From assembly GCA_965653225.1 (NCBI GenBank), contig CBFGZI010000003.1, positions 2,831 through 66,830 of the forward strand: 64,000 nucleotides of DNA, in the 5' to 3' direction. The stretch's first letter is position 1; the number at the start of each line of letters is the position of its first letter. Below the pieces are notes generated by a model. That model made no database searches and was not told the DNA's origin. It saw nothing but the letters and a program-made list of their open reading frames with translations. Of the stretch, positions 25,921 through 35,329 are shown piece by piece. Position numbers and translations under genes: made by a program. The stretch is from an uncultured Propionibacteriales bacterium. GTDB taxonomy: Bacteria; Actinomycetota; Actinomycetes; Propionibacteriales; Nocardioidaceae.

Positions 25921-27618
25921 TCAGACCTGGGGCTTGACCGGCAGCGCACGGTCCTGGATCGACGCCTTGGCCGCCTCGACCGCCGCCTCCCACGCTCCCG
26001 TCGCCGAGTCGAACTCGCCGGTGATCCGGTCACTCTCGTCAGAGAAAGTCTGCCAACCCGCCGTGTTCCGGTAGTAGCAGGTCGAGGTGCACCACTGCGC
26101 GTCGAGGAGACCGCTGTACGCGGAGTCCATTGCCGAGACGGCGTCGTCGATGACGTCGAGCAGGCGGTCGTGCTCGGACTGGACCTCGCCGGGGACGGTT
26201 AAGGCATCCATGGCGTCTCGGACGTCCATGCGGTCGAGCGAGCCCTGGCTGAACTCGTCGTAGGCCTCGTTGTAGGTGACGAACGAGCCGGGGTCCTCGA
26301 TCCGGTCCACGAAGTCGCTGGTCTCACCGCGCAGGTCGTCGTACGCCTCCAGTTCGGCACGCATGCCCGCCGCGTAGTCGTCGAGTGCGTTCAGGTCGTC
26401 AGTGCGTTGTTGCACGGCCGCGTCGTAGCTGGCTTGCCACTCCGCCAGCGTCTCCTCGGCATGCCGCACCAGCCGGTCGAGCACCCGCACCGCCTTGTCG
26501 CCGGCAGCGGACCCCACCAGCCCGTCGTCCTCGGCTGACAGGCTCGACAGAGCCGTCTCCAGTGGCGCCTGCGTCCGGGACCAGACCCCGAGGTTGTCGC
26601 CGTTGAGGGCTGACAGCGCCGCGAGCTGCTCGATCACGTCGGTCGCGGCGGCCAGCCGCTTCCCCTCCGGGCTGGTGCTGTCCACGCCCGCCCGCGCCGC
26701 GCCCAGGGTCGCGGCCGTATCGGCCGCGTCCGCGGCGACGGCGCGAACGTCGGCCGTGTGGCGGGCGTCGGCCACCTGCGCCAGCAGCTCGTCGGTGGCG
26801 TCGGAGGCCATGCCGGCGACAGCCTCGCCCACGTACTGCTCGACGTGGTGTACCGCGGCAGCGCTTCCGGGCATGGCGGCGACCGAAGTAGCCTCGACGG
26901 CCTTCAACTCCGCACGGGCGCGCGTCTCCTCACGCTCGGCCTTGACCAGGGCCGCGTGCAGATCCCCCCACTGCTCCAGGGACTGCTCGTCGAGATCTGA
27001 GAGAGCCGCTGTTGCCTCGGCCACCGCGACCTCGGCGCCGACGACATCGGTTGCGCGGGTGGCCAGGTCGCCCGAGCGCCCCTGGAGGTCGGAGAACCGC
27101 CCACGCAAACGAGGAAGTGAACGCTGTGCCTGCGCGGCCGCGCTGTGCAGGTCGGAGAAGTCGTCGACCGAGGTCAACGACGCGACGACAGGGCGGTACG
27201 TTCCGGCTGCCGCATCCAGCGCCTGGTGAACCGGGCGGTCACGCAGGAAGCTGGCCCCGGCCATGCCGCCCCAGCCGAACAATGGCGCTGCCACCGCAAC
27301 CGCGGCTACGACGGCCCAGCGAGAACGCATTGCTCTGCCTGACACCACGGGCTCGTACGGCGATGGCGCGCCGGAATCCGCCCAGTGGTCATACGACACG
27401 GGTTCCCAGATCGCCGTCTGCTCGTCACCGACCGCTTCCGCCGTATCAGCCGGCCCGAGGACCACGGTTTCCTCGTTCGCGTCAGCTGACGGCGTTGAGG
27501 ACAGGTCCTCGTGCGCGCGACCGCAATCCGCGCAGTAAGGCGCGACCCCATGCCGCGCAGCACCACACCAGGTGCAGAAGGCCGGTAGCCGGTCATGCGG
27601 CTGCCCAGAGAATGTCAT
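25921..27618 (-). CDS. Membrane protein: N-terminal zinc ribbon, one TM helix, long alpha-helical extracytoplasmic domain
   Basis: CTWCGA..x..CADCG zinc ribbon, TM helix WAVVAAVAVAAPLFGWGGMAG, then about 430 aa rich in Ala, Asp, Glu and Leu. ATG 27618 is preceded by GGGGGGAG. Confidence 0.65.
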   Translation of the reverse strand: MTFSGQPHDRLPAFCTWCGAARHGVAPYCADCGRAHEDLSSTPSADANEETVVLGPADTAEAVGDEQTAIWEPVSYDHWADSGAPSPYEPVVSGRAMRSRWAVVAAVAVAAPLFGWGGMAGASFLRDRPVHQALDAAAGTYRPVVASLTSVDDFSDLHSAAAQAQRSLPRLRGRFSDLQGRSGDLATRATDVVGAEVAVAEATAALSDLDEQSLEQWGDLHAALVKAEREETRARAELKAVEATSVAAMPGSAAAVHHVEQYVGEAVAGMASDATDELLAQVADARHTADVRAVAADAADTAATLGAARAGVDSTSPEGKRLAAATDVIEQLAALSALNGDNLGVWSRTQAPLETALSSLSAEDDGLVGSAAGDKAVRVLDRLVRHAEETLAEWQASYDAAVQQRTDDLNALDDYAAGMRAELEAYDDLRGETSDFVDRIEDPGSFVTYNEAYDEFSQGSLDRMDVRDAMDALTVPGEVQSEHDRLLDVIDDAVSAMDSAYSGLLDAQWCTSTCYYRNTAGWQTFSDESDRITGEFDSATGAWEAAVEAAKASIQDRALPVKPQV

Positions 27619-27996
27619 GTGGTTGCTCCCCCCGAAGCGCAACGACGTCCGCCCATGGAAACACCGCGAGCACGGGCGCCGTGCTGGATTGTCGACATTT
27701 TCCGTGGCCGACGCGTTAATTGACCTTGCTTCTCAAGCCGATCACCGACGCTGTCCCACAGTCGGTAACCGCCCGGTGACAGCGCGCGCTGGACCCCCGG
27801 ACCGTGTCACCGGACGTAATGGACCTGCTGCGCTGCGTCGTGAGTCGCGGGGGTCGCCGTGGCCGATGCCCAAGGGCTCCGGCTCACCGGGGCGACGCCT
27901 GCTGACCCCGGGCCAGGGGGTGGGACGGGCCGGTCGGACTGCCTGCATTCCGGCCGGCCCGATTGGCCCGAGCCTTGTCTCGGCGCGGCGCGTGTC

Positions 27997-28746
27997 TCAG
28001 TACGTGTCGATGCCCAGCTTGACCGCGAGCGCCAGCCCGGCGAGGCCGATCAGCACCCGCAGCACGCCCGCCGGTGAGTGTCGTACGAGCACCGGACCGA
28101 GCCGGCCGCCGACGAGGCACCCGATGCCCAGTGGGATGACGGCGGCCCACTCCACCGGTCCCGCGAACACGAAGGTCAGTGCGGCGACGCCGTTGGCGAG
28201 GGCGAGCACGGCGTTCTTCAGTGCGTTGCTGCGCGCCAGGATGTCGCCGGTCGCGGCGATCAGCAGGGCCAGGATCACGACGCCGGCCGCGGCCCCGAAG
28301 TAGCCGCCGTACACGGCCGCGAGGAAGATGCCGACGAGCAGTGCGGGGCTGTCACCTCCGTGGTGCATCTGCTGCATGAACTGGGGGCGCGGCTGCACCA
28401 GGATCACCAACGAGGCGGCGCCGATCAGCACCGGCACCATTGCGGCGAAGGTGTCGGGAGGTGTGAGCAACAACAGCGCGCCACCGACCACGCCGCCGGA
28501 CAGCGCGACCAGGCCGAGCCGCCGCAGCCGCTCCTTCTGCCCCCGCAGCTCCGGACGCGAACCGAGGGCGGCACCGACTCCGCTGCCGACGAGCGCCACC
28601 GTGTTCGTCACGTTGGCCGGTACGGGAGGGAGGCCGACCGCAAGCAGCGCTGGGTAGCTGACCAGGGACGCGAGCCCCGCGGCACTGCCCGCGATGCCGG
28701 CGCCGATCCCGGCGAGCGCCAGCCAGGCGAGTTCGGGGAGGGGCAC
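27997..28746 (-). CDS. Sulfite exporter TauE/SafE family protein
   Basis: 249 aa, about 8 TM helices, Gly-rich repeats (GIGAGIAGSAAG..., GYFGAAAGVVILALL) typical of TauE/SafE. Confidence 0.85.
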   Translation of the reverse strand: MPLPELAWLALAGIGAGIAGSAAGLASLVSYPALLAVGLPPVPANVTNTVALVGSGVGAALGSRPELRGQKERLRRLGLVALSGGVVGGALLLLTPPDTFAAMVPVLIGAASLVILVQPRPQFMQQMHHGGDSPALLVGIFLAAVYGGYFGAAAGVVILALLIAATGDILARSNALKNAVLALANGVAALTFVFAGPVEWAAVIPLGIGCLVGGRLGPVLVRHSPAGVLRVLIGLAGLALAVKLGIDTY

Positions 28747-28796
28747 CGCCCAACTCTGTCAGGCGGTGCCCCTTCGCGTGGTGCCGGGTGAGCCCG

Positions 28797-30035
28797 CTAC
28801 TGGGTGATCAGCGTGGCCCCGTAGGCGCTCAGCGCCTCACCGACCGGCTGGTAGTAGCTGACGTTGGGCTGGCCGACCTTCTCGCCGCACACCAGCCGCC
28901 CGCCGGAGGAGTACAGCGACCCGCCGCTGGACAGCCCCTGGGCGTAGTTGCCGCTCATGTTCGAACCACCGCTGTCGCCCTGCTCGACGCACGCGCTGTG
29001 CCGCACCAGGCCGGACACGATGTCGCCACCGCCGTAGTTGACCGTCTGGTTGTAGGCCTGGATGGTGCCGCAGGTCCAGCCCGTCGTACGGCCGCTCTTG
29101 CACAGCGACGACCCGACCGGCGCACTGCTGTAGCCGGACACCACGCGGGCGTACCCGTTGTACATGTCCACCGCGCCCTGTGGGTTCCAGTACGCCGGGT
29201 CGTTGATGTTGACCGAGGCGTAGTCGTTGCCCGGGAAGCTGTAGCCGCGGGTCGAGCCGATCGTCACCCCGTTGCGGGAGAACGTCGGGTAGCCCTCGCC
29301 GCAGTGCCCGGCGGTGAGCAGGATGTACGCACCGGACGAGGTGCGGGCGTTGAAGCCGTTGGAGCAGATGTAGCCGTTGCTCATCTCTACCTGCTGGCCG
29401 CCGTACAGGTACGCCGCGGGCACGGTCTCGGCCGTGCTTCGCTCGATCGTCACGCGGTCGCCGTACGAGCGCGCCTTGTGCAGGAACGCACGGGTCTGCT
29501 GGCTGTCCGCGCCTGCCGTCGTCGTGACGACAACGCTGTTGTCGCGGACATCGACGTACCAGCCCTGGACCGCGCCTGCGCCGTGCTGCCGCGAGAACCT
29601 GTCGAGCTGCTGGTGCACCGAGCCTAGGTCACGCGACGAGTACGACACGCGCTGCGGCTGCGCGTCCGTCGAACGCACCTGCCTGGCCGAGGCGGCGTCG
29701 GTGACCGTGACGACCAGTGAACCGGTGCGGCCGATGTAGGCCCCGCCGGTATGGCGGGTCCCGATCCGGCGGGTGAGCGCGTCGGAGAGCCGGTCGAGGC
29801 TGCGCTCGTTGTCGAGTCGCTGCTGCGCCGTGGCCGTGCTGATGCCGTACTCGCGCGCAAGCGCAGCCGCGGCACCGGCCTGACCGGCGTCGGCGGAGGT
29901 GTCGAGGCGTGCGGCGTCGGGCCGCGCGCTCGCCGTGGTGGTCGACCCGAGCACCAGCGCGGCTGTCGCCGTCGCTGCCCCGAGGCCGATCACGGCCCGC
30001 CGTGCCCTGGGTCGCGCGATGGATGGTTCAGACAT
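28797..30035 (-). CDS. Secreted S1 peptidase, alpha-lytic protease/streptogrisin type, with prodomain
   Basis: Signal peptide. LTAGHCGEG (His), and CVEQGDSGGS (Ser) chymotrypsin-fold catalytic motifs. N-terminal prodomain of about 180 aa. Confidence 0.9.
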   Translation of the reverse strand: MSEPSIARPRARRAVIGLGAATATAALVLGSTTTASARPDAARLDTSADAGQAGAAAALAREYGISTATAQQRLDNERSLDRLSDALTRRIGTRHTGGAYIGRTGSLVVTVTDAASARQVRSTDAQPQRVSYSSRDLGSVHQQLDRFSRQHGAGAVQGWYVDVRDNSVVVTTTAGADSQQTRAFLHKARSYGDRVTIERSTAETVPAAYLYGGQQVEMSNGYICSNGFNARTSSGAYILLTAGHCGEGYPTFSRNGVTIGSTRGYSFPGNDYASVNINDPAYWNPQGAVDMYNGYARVVSGYSSAPVGSSLCKSGRTTGWTCGTIQAYNQTVNYGGGDIVSGLVRHSACVEQGDSGGSNMSGNYAQGLSSGGSLYSSGGRLVCGEKVGQPNVSYYQPVGEALSAYGATLITQ

Positions 30036-30195
30036 GGTGTCCCCTCTGATCTCAACCGGTGCCCCTGGGATCCCCAGGGACTGCCCGCGATGTCGAGCAC
30101 ACGCAAAGTAATCAGATAGTCACAAAGGGTCAATAGGTGACATTCCGGCGAATGCCTGATATGCGCCGACGCCGGTGGCAGTCGGGAGGGCCGGA

Positions 30196-31299
30196 CTACG
30201 AGATGTGCACCGGATGCGCGACGACGGCGTTGTAGAGGTAGCCGCCGTCGTTCCAGGGCACATCGTCGGGCTGCTCGTGGCCCTGGTCGTCGGTCGCGCG
30301 CACCCGGACGAAGTACTCCCCCGGCCGGTCGACGTCCCAGACGAAGTCCCAGCGCACCCAGGCGCCCGCGATGTTCGGCGAGCGCAGGCTCGCGTCGTGC
30401 CACGACGCACCGCAGTCGACGCTGTAGCGGACGTGGGTGACCCGGCCCTCACCGGACCAGGCACGACCGCGGATGGTGTGCCTGCCGACGGCGAGTCGCG
30501 CGGGCCAGGGCAGCTCCACGGCGCTCGCGACCGGAAGGGTGGTGATCACGTGCCCGCGTGCGGGCGGCTCCTTGGCGTACTCGCTCCCGATGAGCACGTA
30601 CTTGTCGGTCGACCACTGCGAGTGCAGCGGGACCTCCGACACCTCGACCCGGCCGAGCCACTTGATGCTGGCGACCCCGGCCCAGCCCGGCACGACCAAC
30701 CGCACGGGGTAGCCGTGGTCGGGTGGCAGCGGGGCGCCGTTCATGCCGAACGCGACGATCGTGTCGTCGGCGAGCGCCTTGGTGATCGGCAGGGGCCGTC
30801 GGCCGCGGCACTCGTCGAGCCCCTCCGGCATCGCGCACACCGCGCAGTGCCGAAGCCCTGCACGCTCGAGCAGGACCCGCAGGGGCACGCCGGTCCACTC
30901 CGCGACGCCGATCGCGCCGAGCCGCCACTGGGCGCCGTCCGGTTGCCGGCATTCCCGGTCGGCATAGAAGGCGCGGCCGTTGCCGGCGCACTCGACGGCG
31001 CGGACGATCGAGGTGACCTCGGGTGTGGCGAGCAGGTCGTCGTAGGTCAGCGTGAGGGGTCTCTCGACCCCGGAGCCCTCGATGCGCAGCGTCCACGTCG
31101 CCGCGTCGATGCAGGGCGTGGGCGCGTGGCTGCGCACGTAGAAGCGGTCGTTGCCGACGACGTAGCCGAGCGGCGCCATCACCGACCACCGGGTCTCGTA
31201 CTCGGTGCCGCTGGGATGGCTGACGAAAAGGTCGTCCGGCGTGGGCTTCACGACCTTGCGGGCAAGCCCGGGCACGTCCACCACCTCCGGCTGCCCCAC
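30196..31299 (-). CDS. Sulfite oxidase-like molybdopterin oxidoreductase (SUOX fold + dimerisation domain)
   Basis: FYVRSH..., VECAGNGR (Mo-coordinating Cys), GAPLPPDHGYPVRLVVPGWAGVASIKWL. Start set to GTG 31299 because the upstream part of ORF 30196..31695 overlaps hyuB and is Arg-rich. The start is uncertain. Confidence 0.8.
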   Translation of the reverse strand: MGQPEVVDVPGLARKVVKPTPDDLFVSHPSGTEYETRWSVMAPLGYVVGNDRFYVRSHAPTPCIDAATWTLRIEGSGVERPLTLTYDDLLATPEVTSIVRAVECAGNGRAFYADRECRQPDGAQWRLGAIGVAEWTGVPLRVLLERAGLRHCAVCAMPEGLDECRGRRPLPITKALADDTIVAFGMNGAPLPPDHGYPVRLVVPGWAGVASIKWLGRVEVSEVPLHSQWSTDKYVLIGSEYAKEPPARGHVITTLPVASAVELPWPARLAVGRHTIRGRAWSGEGRVTHVRYSVDCGASWHDASLRSPNIAGAWVRWDFVWDVDRPGEYFVRVRATDDQGHEQPDDVPWNDGGYLYNAVVAHPVHIS

Positions 31300-31379
31300 G
31301 GCAGATGCTACGCGGGTCGCGGCCGTCGCACGACCGCGCAGACGGCCTGCGGGAGGGCCAGTCGGGACTGTCAGTGGCG

Positions 31380-33137
31380 TCAGTGCTCTGCGCGCAGGGC
31401 TTCGGTCGCCGGGACGTCGACGCGGTAGGTCTCGGGCGGTCGTACGACGGCGTCCGGCGGTCCGGTGTACTCGACGACCACGCCGTAGCGCTCGCGCGCC
31501 GCCTCTGGACTGACGTATCCGTTGACCACATCGGCGAGCACCCGCTCGACCGGACGCGCACGCGCGTCGCCGTACCCACCTCCGCCCGGAAAGCTCAGCC
31601 GCACGGCGTCGTCGGCGCTCAGCCGCACCAGCTGCTTGCGGGGCAGCCGCTCCTCCGTGGCGACGGCGACGAAGTCGCCCGTCCACCCCTCGCACCCGCC
31701 GGCGGCCCCCGGTGCGGGGTTGAGCACGCGGTCGATGTTGGCGTTGACCGTCCAGGCGGCGCGCGCTCGACTGGCCATCTCGACGACCTGGCCGAGCCCG
31801 CCGCGGTGCAGTCCGGGGCCGCCGGAGTCGGTGCGGATGCGGCGGCAGTGCTGTACCAGGGGGGTGAGCGTCTCGAGCACCTCGGTCGGAGCGGCGCGCA
31901 CGCCGGTGGGGAACCCGGTCGTGGTGAGCCCGTCCTTGGTCGGGCGGCCGCCCGACCCGCCGGCGCCGAAGGCGGTCAGGGTGAACGGCCTGTCATCATC
32001 TCCCGCACCGCGCCAGACCGTCATCCACAGCGCGTCCGCGCTGGCCGCGGGCAGTCCCGCGTCGACGGCCGGTCGCAGCGCCTCGAAGACAAGACTCGGC
32101 AGGAAGTGGCCCACCAGGTGGCGGGAGGCCACCGGTGCGGGGTCCACGCAGTTGAGCACCGACCCGACCGGCGCGGTCACCTCGACCGGCCGGAAGGAGC
32201 CCGCGTTGTGCGGCACCTCGGGTGCGAGAGCCGCCTTCACCGCGAACGACGTGTAGGCCCGGGTGTAGTTGAGCACGACGTTGACGCCGTACGCGGACTG
32301 CGGCGACGAGCCAGAGTAGTCCACGTTCATGGCGTCGCCCTTGATCGTCACCGTGACATGAAGGTCGAGAGTCTCGTCGCCGAAGCCGTCCGCGCGCATG
32401 TGTGCGGAGTACTCGCCGTCGGCCACGGAGCTCAGCGCGGTGCGCAGCGCGTCCTCCGACCGGTTCATCACCTCCGCCGCCACGGCGTCGATCTCGGCGA
32501 GGTCGAACTCGTCCATCAGGCGAAGGAGGCTGCGCGCGCCGACCTGGTTGCCGGCGACCTGGGCGTAGATGTCTCCCATGGTCTCGTCCGGCGTGCGCAC
32601 GTTGGTGCGGATCAGCGTCTCGAGCACTGGGTCGGGGACGCCGGCGTGCAGCAGCTTGAGGATCGGCAACCGCAGGCCCTCCTCGAAGACCTCGGTGGCC
32701 GCGGCGGAGAGGATCCGGCCGCCGATGTCGGGTGAGTGGCAGCAGCTGGCGAACCAGGCGACCACGCGGCCGCCGCGGAAGACTGGCGTGGCCACGGTGA
32801 TGTCGTTGATCTGACCCGCGGTCATCCAGGGGTCGTTGGTGATGAGCACATCGCCTTCGGCCAGGTCGTCCGGCGGGGATGCCGACACGATGTGCTGCAT
32901 TCCGGTCGCCATCGCGTTGATGTGACCGGGCGTGCCGCCCGTGGACTGGCCGATCATCCGGCCCTGGGAGTCGAACACCGCGCAGGCCAGGTCGAGGCAC
33001 TCGCGGACCACCGGGCTGAACGCGGTGTTGACCAGTGCCGTCTGCTGCTCGCTGAGCAGCGAGTGCAGCCGGTTGGCCACCAGCCCCACCACGATCGGGT
33101 CGACTCCGGGCTCGAGGGTCTGCTCGCGTCCGCTCAC
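31380..33137 (-). CDS. hyuB: Hydantoinase B/oxoprolinase family protein
   Basis: 585 aa. DPIVVGLVANRL..., NDPWMTAGQINDITV, GGGGYGD blocks are typical of HyuB/acetone-carboxylase-type subunits. Confidence 0.9.
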   Translation of the reverse strand: MSGREQTLEPGVDPIVVGLVANRLHSLLSEQQTALVNTAFSPVVRECLDLACAVFDSQGRMIGQSTGGTPGHINAMATGMQHIVSASPPDDLAEGDVLITNDPWMTAGQINDITVATPVFRGGRVVAWFASCCHSPDIGGRILSAAATEVFEEGLRLPILKLLHAGVPDPVLETLIRTNVRTPDETMGDIYAQVAGNQVGARSLLRLMDEFDLAEIDAVAAEVMNRSEDALRTALSSVADGEYSAHMRADGFGDETLDLHVTVTIKGDAMNVDYSGSSPQSAYGVNVVLNYTRAYTSFAVKAALAPEVPHNAGSFRPVEVTAPVGSVLNCVDPAPVASRHLVGHFLPSLVFEALRPAVDAGLPAASADALWMTVWRGAGDDDRPFTLTAFGAGGSGGRPTKDGLTTTGFPTGVRAAPTEVLETLTPLVQHCRRIRTDSGGPGLHRGGLGQVVEMASRARAAWTVNANIDRVLNPAPGAAGGCEGWTGDFVAVATEERLPRKQLVRLSADDAVRLSFPGGGGYGDARARPVERVLADVVNGYVSPEAARERYGVVVEYTGPPDAVVRPPETYRVDVPATEALRAEH

Positions 33138-35233
33138 GACGCACCGCCCTCGGGCCGCAGCCGTACGACGATGCTGCCGTCCTTGCCCACGGTGCCGGTC
33201 ATACCTGGTGCGAGCACGAGCGTGGACTCGTCCTCCTCGACCAGCGCGGGGCCGTGGACCTTGGCGTCCGGCGGCAGCCGGTACCGGTCGTACACGGGGG
33301 TCTGCACGTACCCGTCCTCCTGCGGGAAGTACGCCGCCCGCTCTCCTACGCTGCTGACGGAGTGCGCGTCGGGCGGCGAGAGCCGCAGCCGGGCGTCTGG
33401 CTCGGGCCCGCGAGCGGTGACGCGCCAGCTGATGATCTCGGCATCGACGTGCCGCGGGGCCACGGCGCCGAAGCGCTCGCGGTACTGGTCGGCGAAGGCC
33501 TGCTGCACGCTGGCCTGCCAGCCGTCGCCGGGTTCGGGCACCGGCACCTCGATCTCGTTGCCCTGCCCGACGAAGCGCATCTCCAGGCTTCGGCTGAACA
33601 CGATGTCGCCGGCGGCGACACCTGACTCGCGCAGCACCTGCCCGCCCTGCTCCGCAAGGTTCTGCAGCACCGTGGCCGCGTCCTGCGTCGTGACCGCGCC
33701 GAGCTCGGTGTGCCAGGAGTGCACGAAGTCGATCGACAGCGGCGCCGCGAGGAAGCCCAGCGCGCTGAGCACCCCTGCGGCCGGGGGTACGACGACGGTG
33801 TCGGAGCCGAGCGCCTGCGCGACACCGGGTCCGTGCACCGGACCGTTGCCGCCGAACACCAGCATCGGCAGCCGTGCCGGGTCCTGGCCCCGCTCGACCG
33901 CGTGCACGCGTGCCGCGTTGGCCATGTTCTCGTTGACGGTCGCGTGGACGCCCCAGGCCGCCTGGGGCACCGAGATCGCCATCGGCTGGGCGACCTGCGT
34001 GCGGATGGCGTCGGCGGCCGCGTCCACGTCGAGGCTCATCCGGCCGCCGAGGAAGCGGTCGGGGTCGAGGTAGCCGAGCACCACGTCGGCGTCGGTGACC
34101 GTGCAGGCAGTGCCGCCGCGGCCATAGCTGACCGGGCCCGGCTCCGAGCCGGCGGAGTCCGGTCCGACGCTGACCAGCCCGAGCGCGTCGACCCGGGCGA
34201 TCGACCCGCCCCCGGCGCCGATCTCGATCATGTCGATGACCGGGGCGCGCACCGGGAGTCCGGAGCCGGCGCGGAGACGGTAGACGCGGTCGACCTCGAA
34301 CGCGTGCGTGACCAGCGGACGGCCGTCCTCGATGATGCAGACCTTCGCGGTGGTGCCGCCCATGTCGAACGAGAGCTGGTCGTCCCGCCCGGCGGCGCGG
34401 CCGAACGCGACCGCGCCGAGCGCGCCACCGGCGGGTCCCGACTCGAGCATCCGGATCGGGAACCGGCGGGCCGTCTCGATGGTCGCCACTCCCCCGTTCG
34501 ACAGCATGATGCGGGGCTCCGGACCAAGGCCGACCCGTCGCAGCCGCCGCTGCAGGTCGGCCAGGTAGTCCTCCACCAGCGCCTGCACGTAGACGTTGGC
34601 CAGCGTGGTCGACGCCCGCTCGTACTCGCGGATCTCGGGGTTGACCTCGCTGGAAAGCGCGACCCGCAGCTGCGGCGCCGTCTCCTGGATGACCTCGCGC
34701 GCCTCACGCTCGTGTGCGGGGTTGGTGTGGCTGTGCAGGAAGCAGACCGCGACCGCCTCGACACCGGCATCCGCGAGCTCTCGGGCCAGCGTCGCGACCC
34801 GCCTGCGGTCGAGGGGTACGGCCACGCTGCCGTCGGCGTACATCCGCTCGGTGACGTCGAACCGCAGCCACCGCGGCACCAGCGGGCGCGGCAGCTCGAG
34901 GTCGAGGTCGTAGAGCTCGTACCGGTGCTCGCGGCCCATCTCGACGACGTCCCGGAAGCCTGCCGTCGTGATCAGGGCGGTGCGGGAGCCGGTGCGCTCG
35001 ATCAGCGCGTTGGTCACCAGCGTGGTGCCGTGCACCACGCTGCTGATCGCGGCGGGGTCGAGCCGGTGGGTGGACAGCGTCTCCTGCAGCACCGCCTCCA
35101 CCCCGGCAGCCGGCTCGGTGTGGGTGGTCAGCGTCTTGCCGACCGCCACGATGCCGTCGGCGCCGAGCACGCACACGTCGGTGAAAGTACCCCCGATGTC
35201 GACGCCGAGCCGCAGGTCTCGCCGTTCGTGCAC
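33134..35233 (-). CDS. hyuA: Hydantoinase/oxoprolinase family protein (A subunit)
   Basis: LRLGVDIGGTFTDV N-terminus (ASKHA fold). GTG 35233 lies 5 nt after GAGGAGG. The 317-codon extension in the ORF track (to 36187) overlaps the divergent E1 gene and was rejected. 4-nt overlap with hyuB. Confidence 0.9.
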   Translation of the reverse strand: MHERRDLRLGVDIGGTFTDVCVLGADGIVAVGKTLTTHTEPAAGVEAVLQETLSTHRLDPAAISSVVHGTTLVTNALIERTGSRTALITTAGFRDVVEMGREHRYELYDLDLELPRPLVPRWLRFDVTERMYADGSVAVPLDRRRVATLARELADAGVEAVAVCFLHSHTNPAHEREAREVIQETAPQLRVALSSEVNPEIREYERASTTLANVYVQALVEDYLADLQRRLRRVGLGPEPRIMLSNGGVATIETARRFPIRMLESGPAGGALGAVAFGRAAGRDDQLSFDMGGTTAKVCIIEDGRPLVTHAFEVDRVYRLRAGSGLPVRAPVIDMIEIGAGGGSIARVDALGLVSVGPDSAGSEPGPVSYGRGGTACTVTDADVVLGYLDPDRFLGGRMSLDVDAAADAIRTQVAQPMAISVPQAAWGVHATVNENMANAARVHAVERGQDPARLPMLVFGGNGPVHGPGVAQALGSDTVVVPPAAGVLSALGFLAAPLSIDFVHSWHTELGAVTTQDAATVLQNLAEQGGQVLRESGVAAGDIVFSRSLEMRFVGQGNEIEVPVPEPGDGWQASVQQAFADQYRERFGAVAPRHVDAEIISWRVTARGPEPDARLRLSPPDAHSVSSVGERAAYFPQEDGYVQTPVYDRYRLPPDAKVHGPALVEEDESTLVLAPGMTGTVGKDGSIVVRLRPEGGAS

Positions 35234-35329
35234 GCGGACCTCCTCGCTGGGTGCTCTCGTAGGGCTCGTTCGCTGGAGCCTTCCCGACGCCGTACTTCGA
35301 CAGTACGAAAAATCTGCCGATCCATCACA

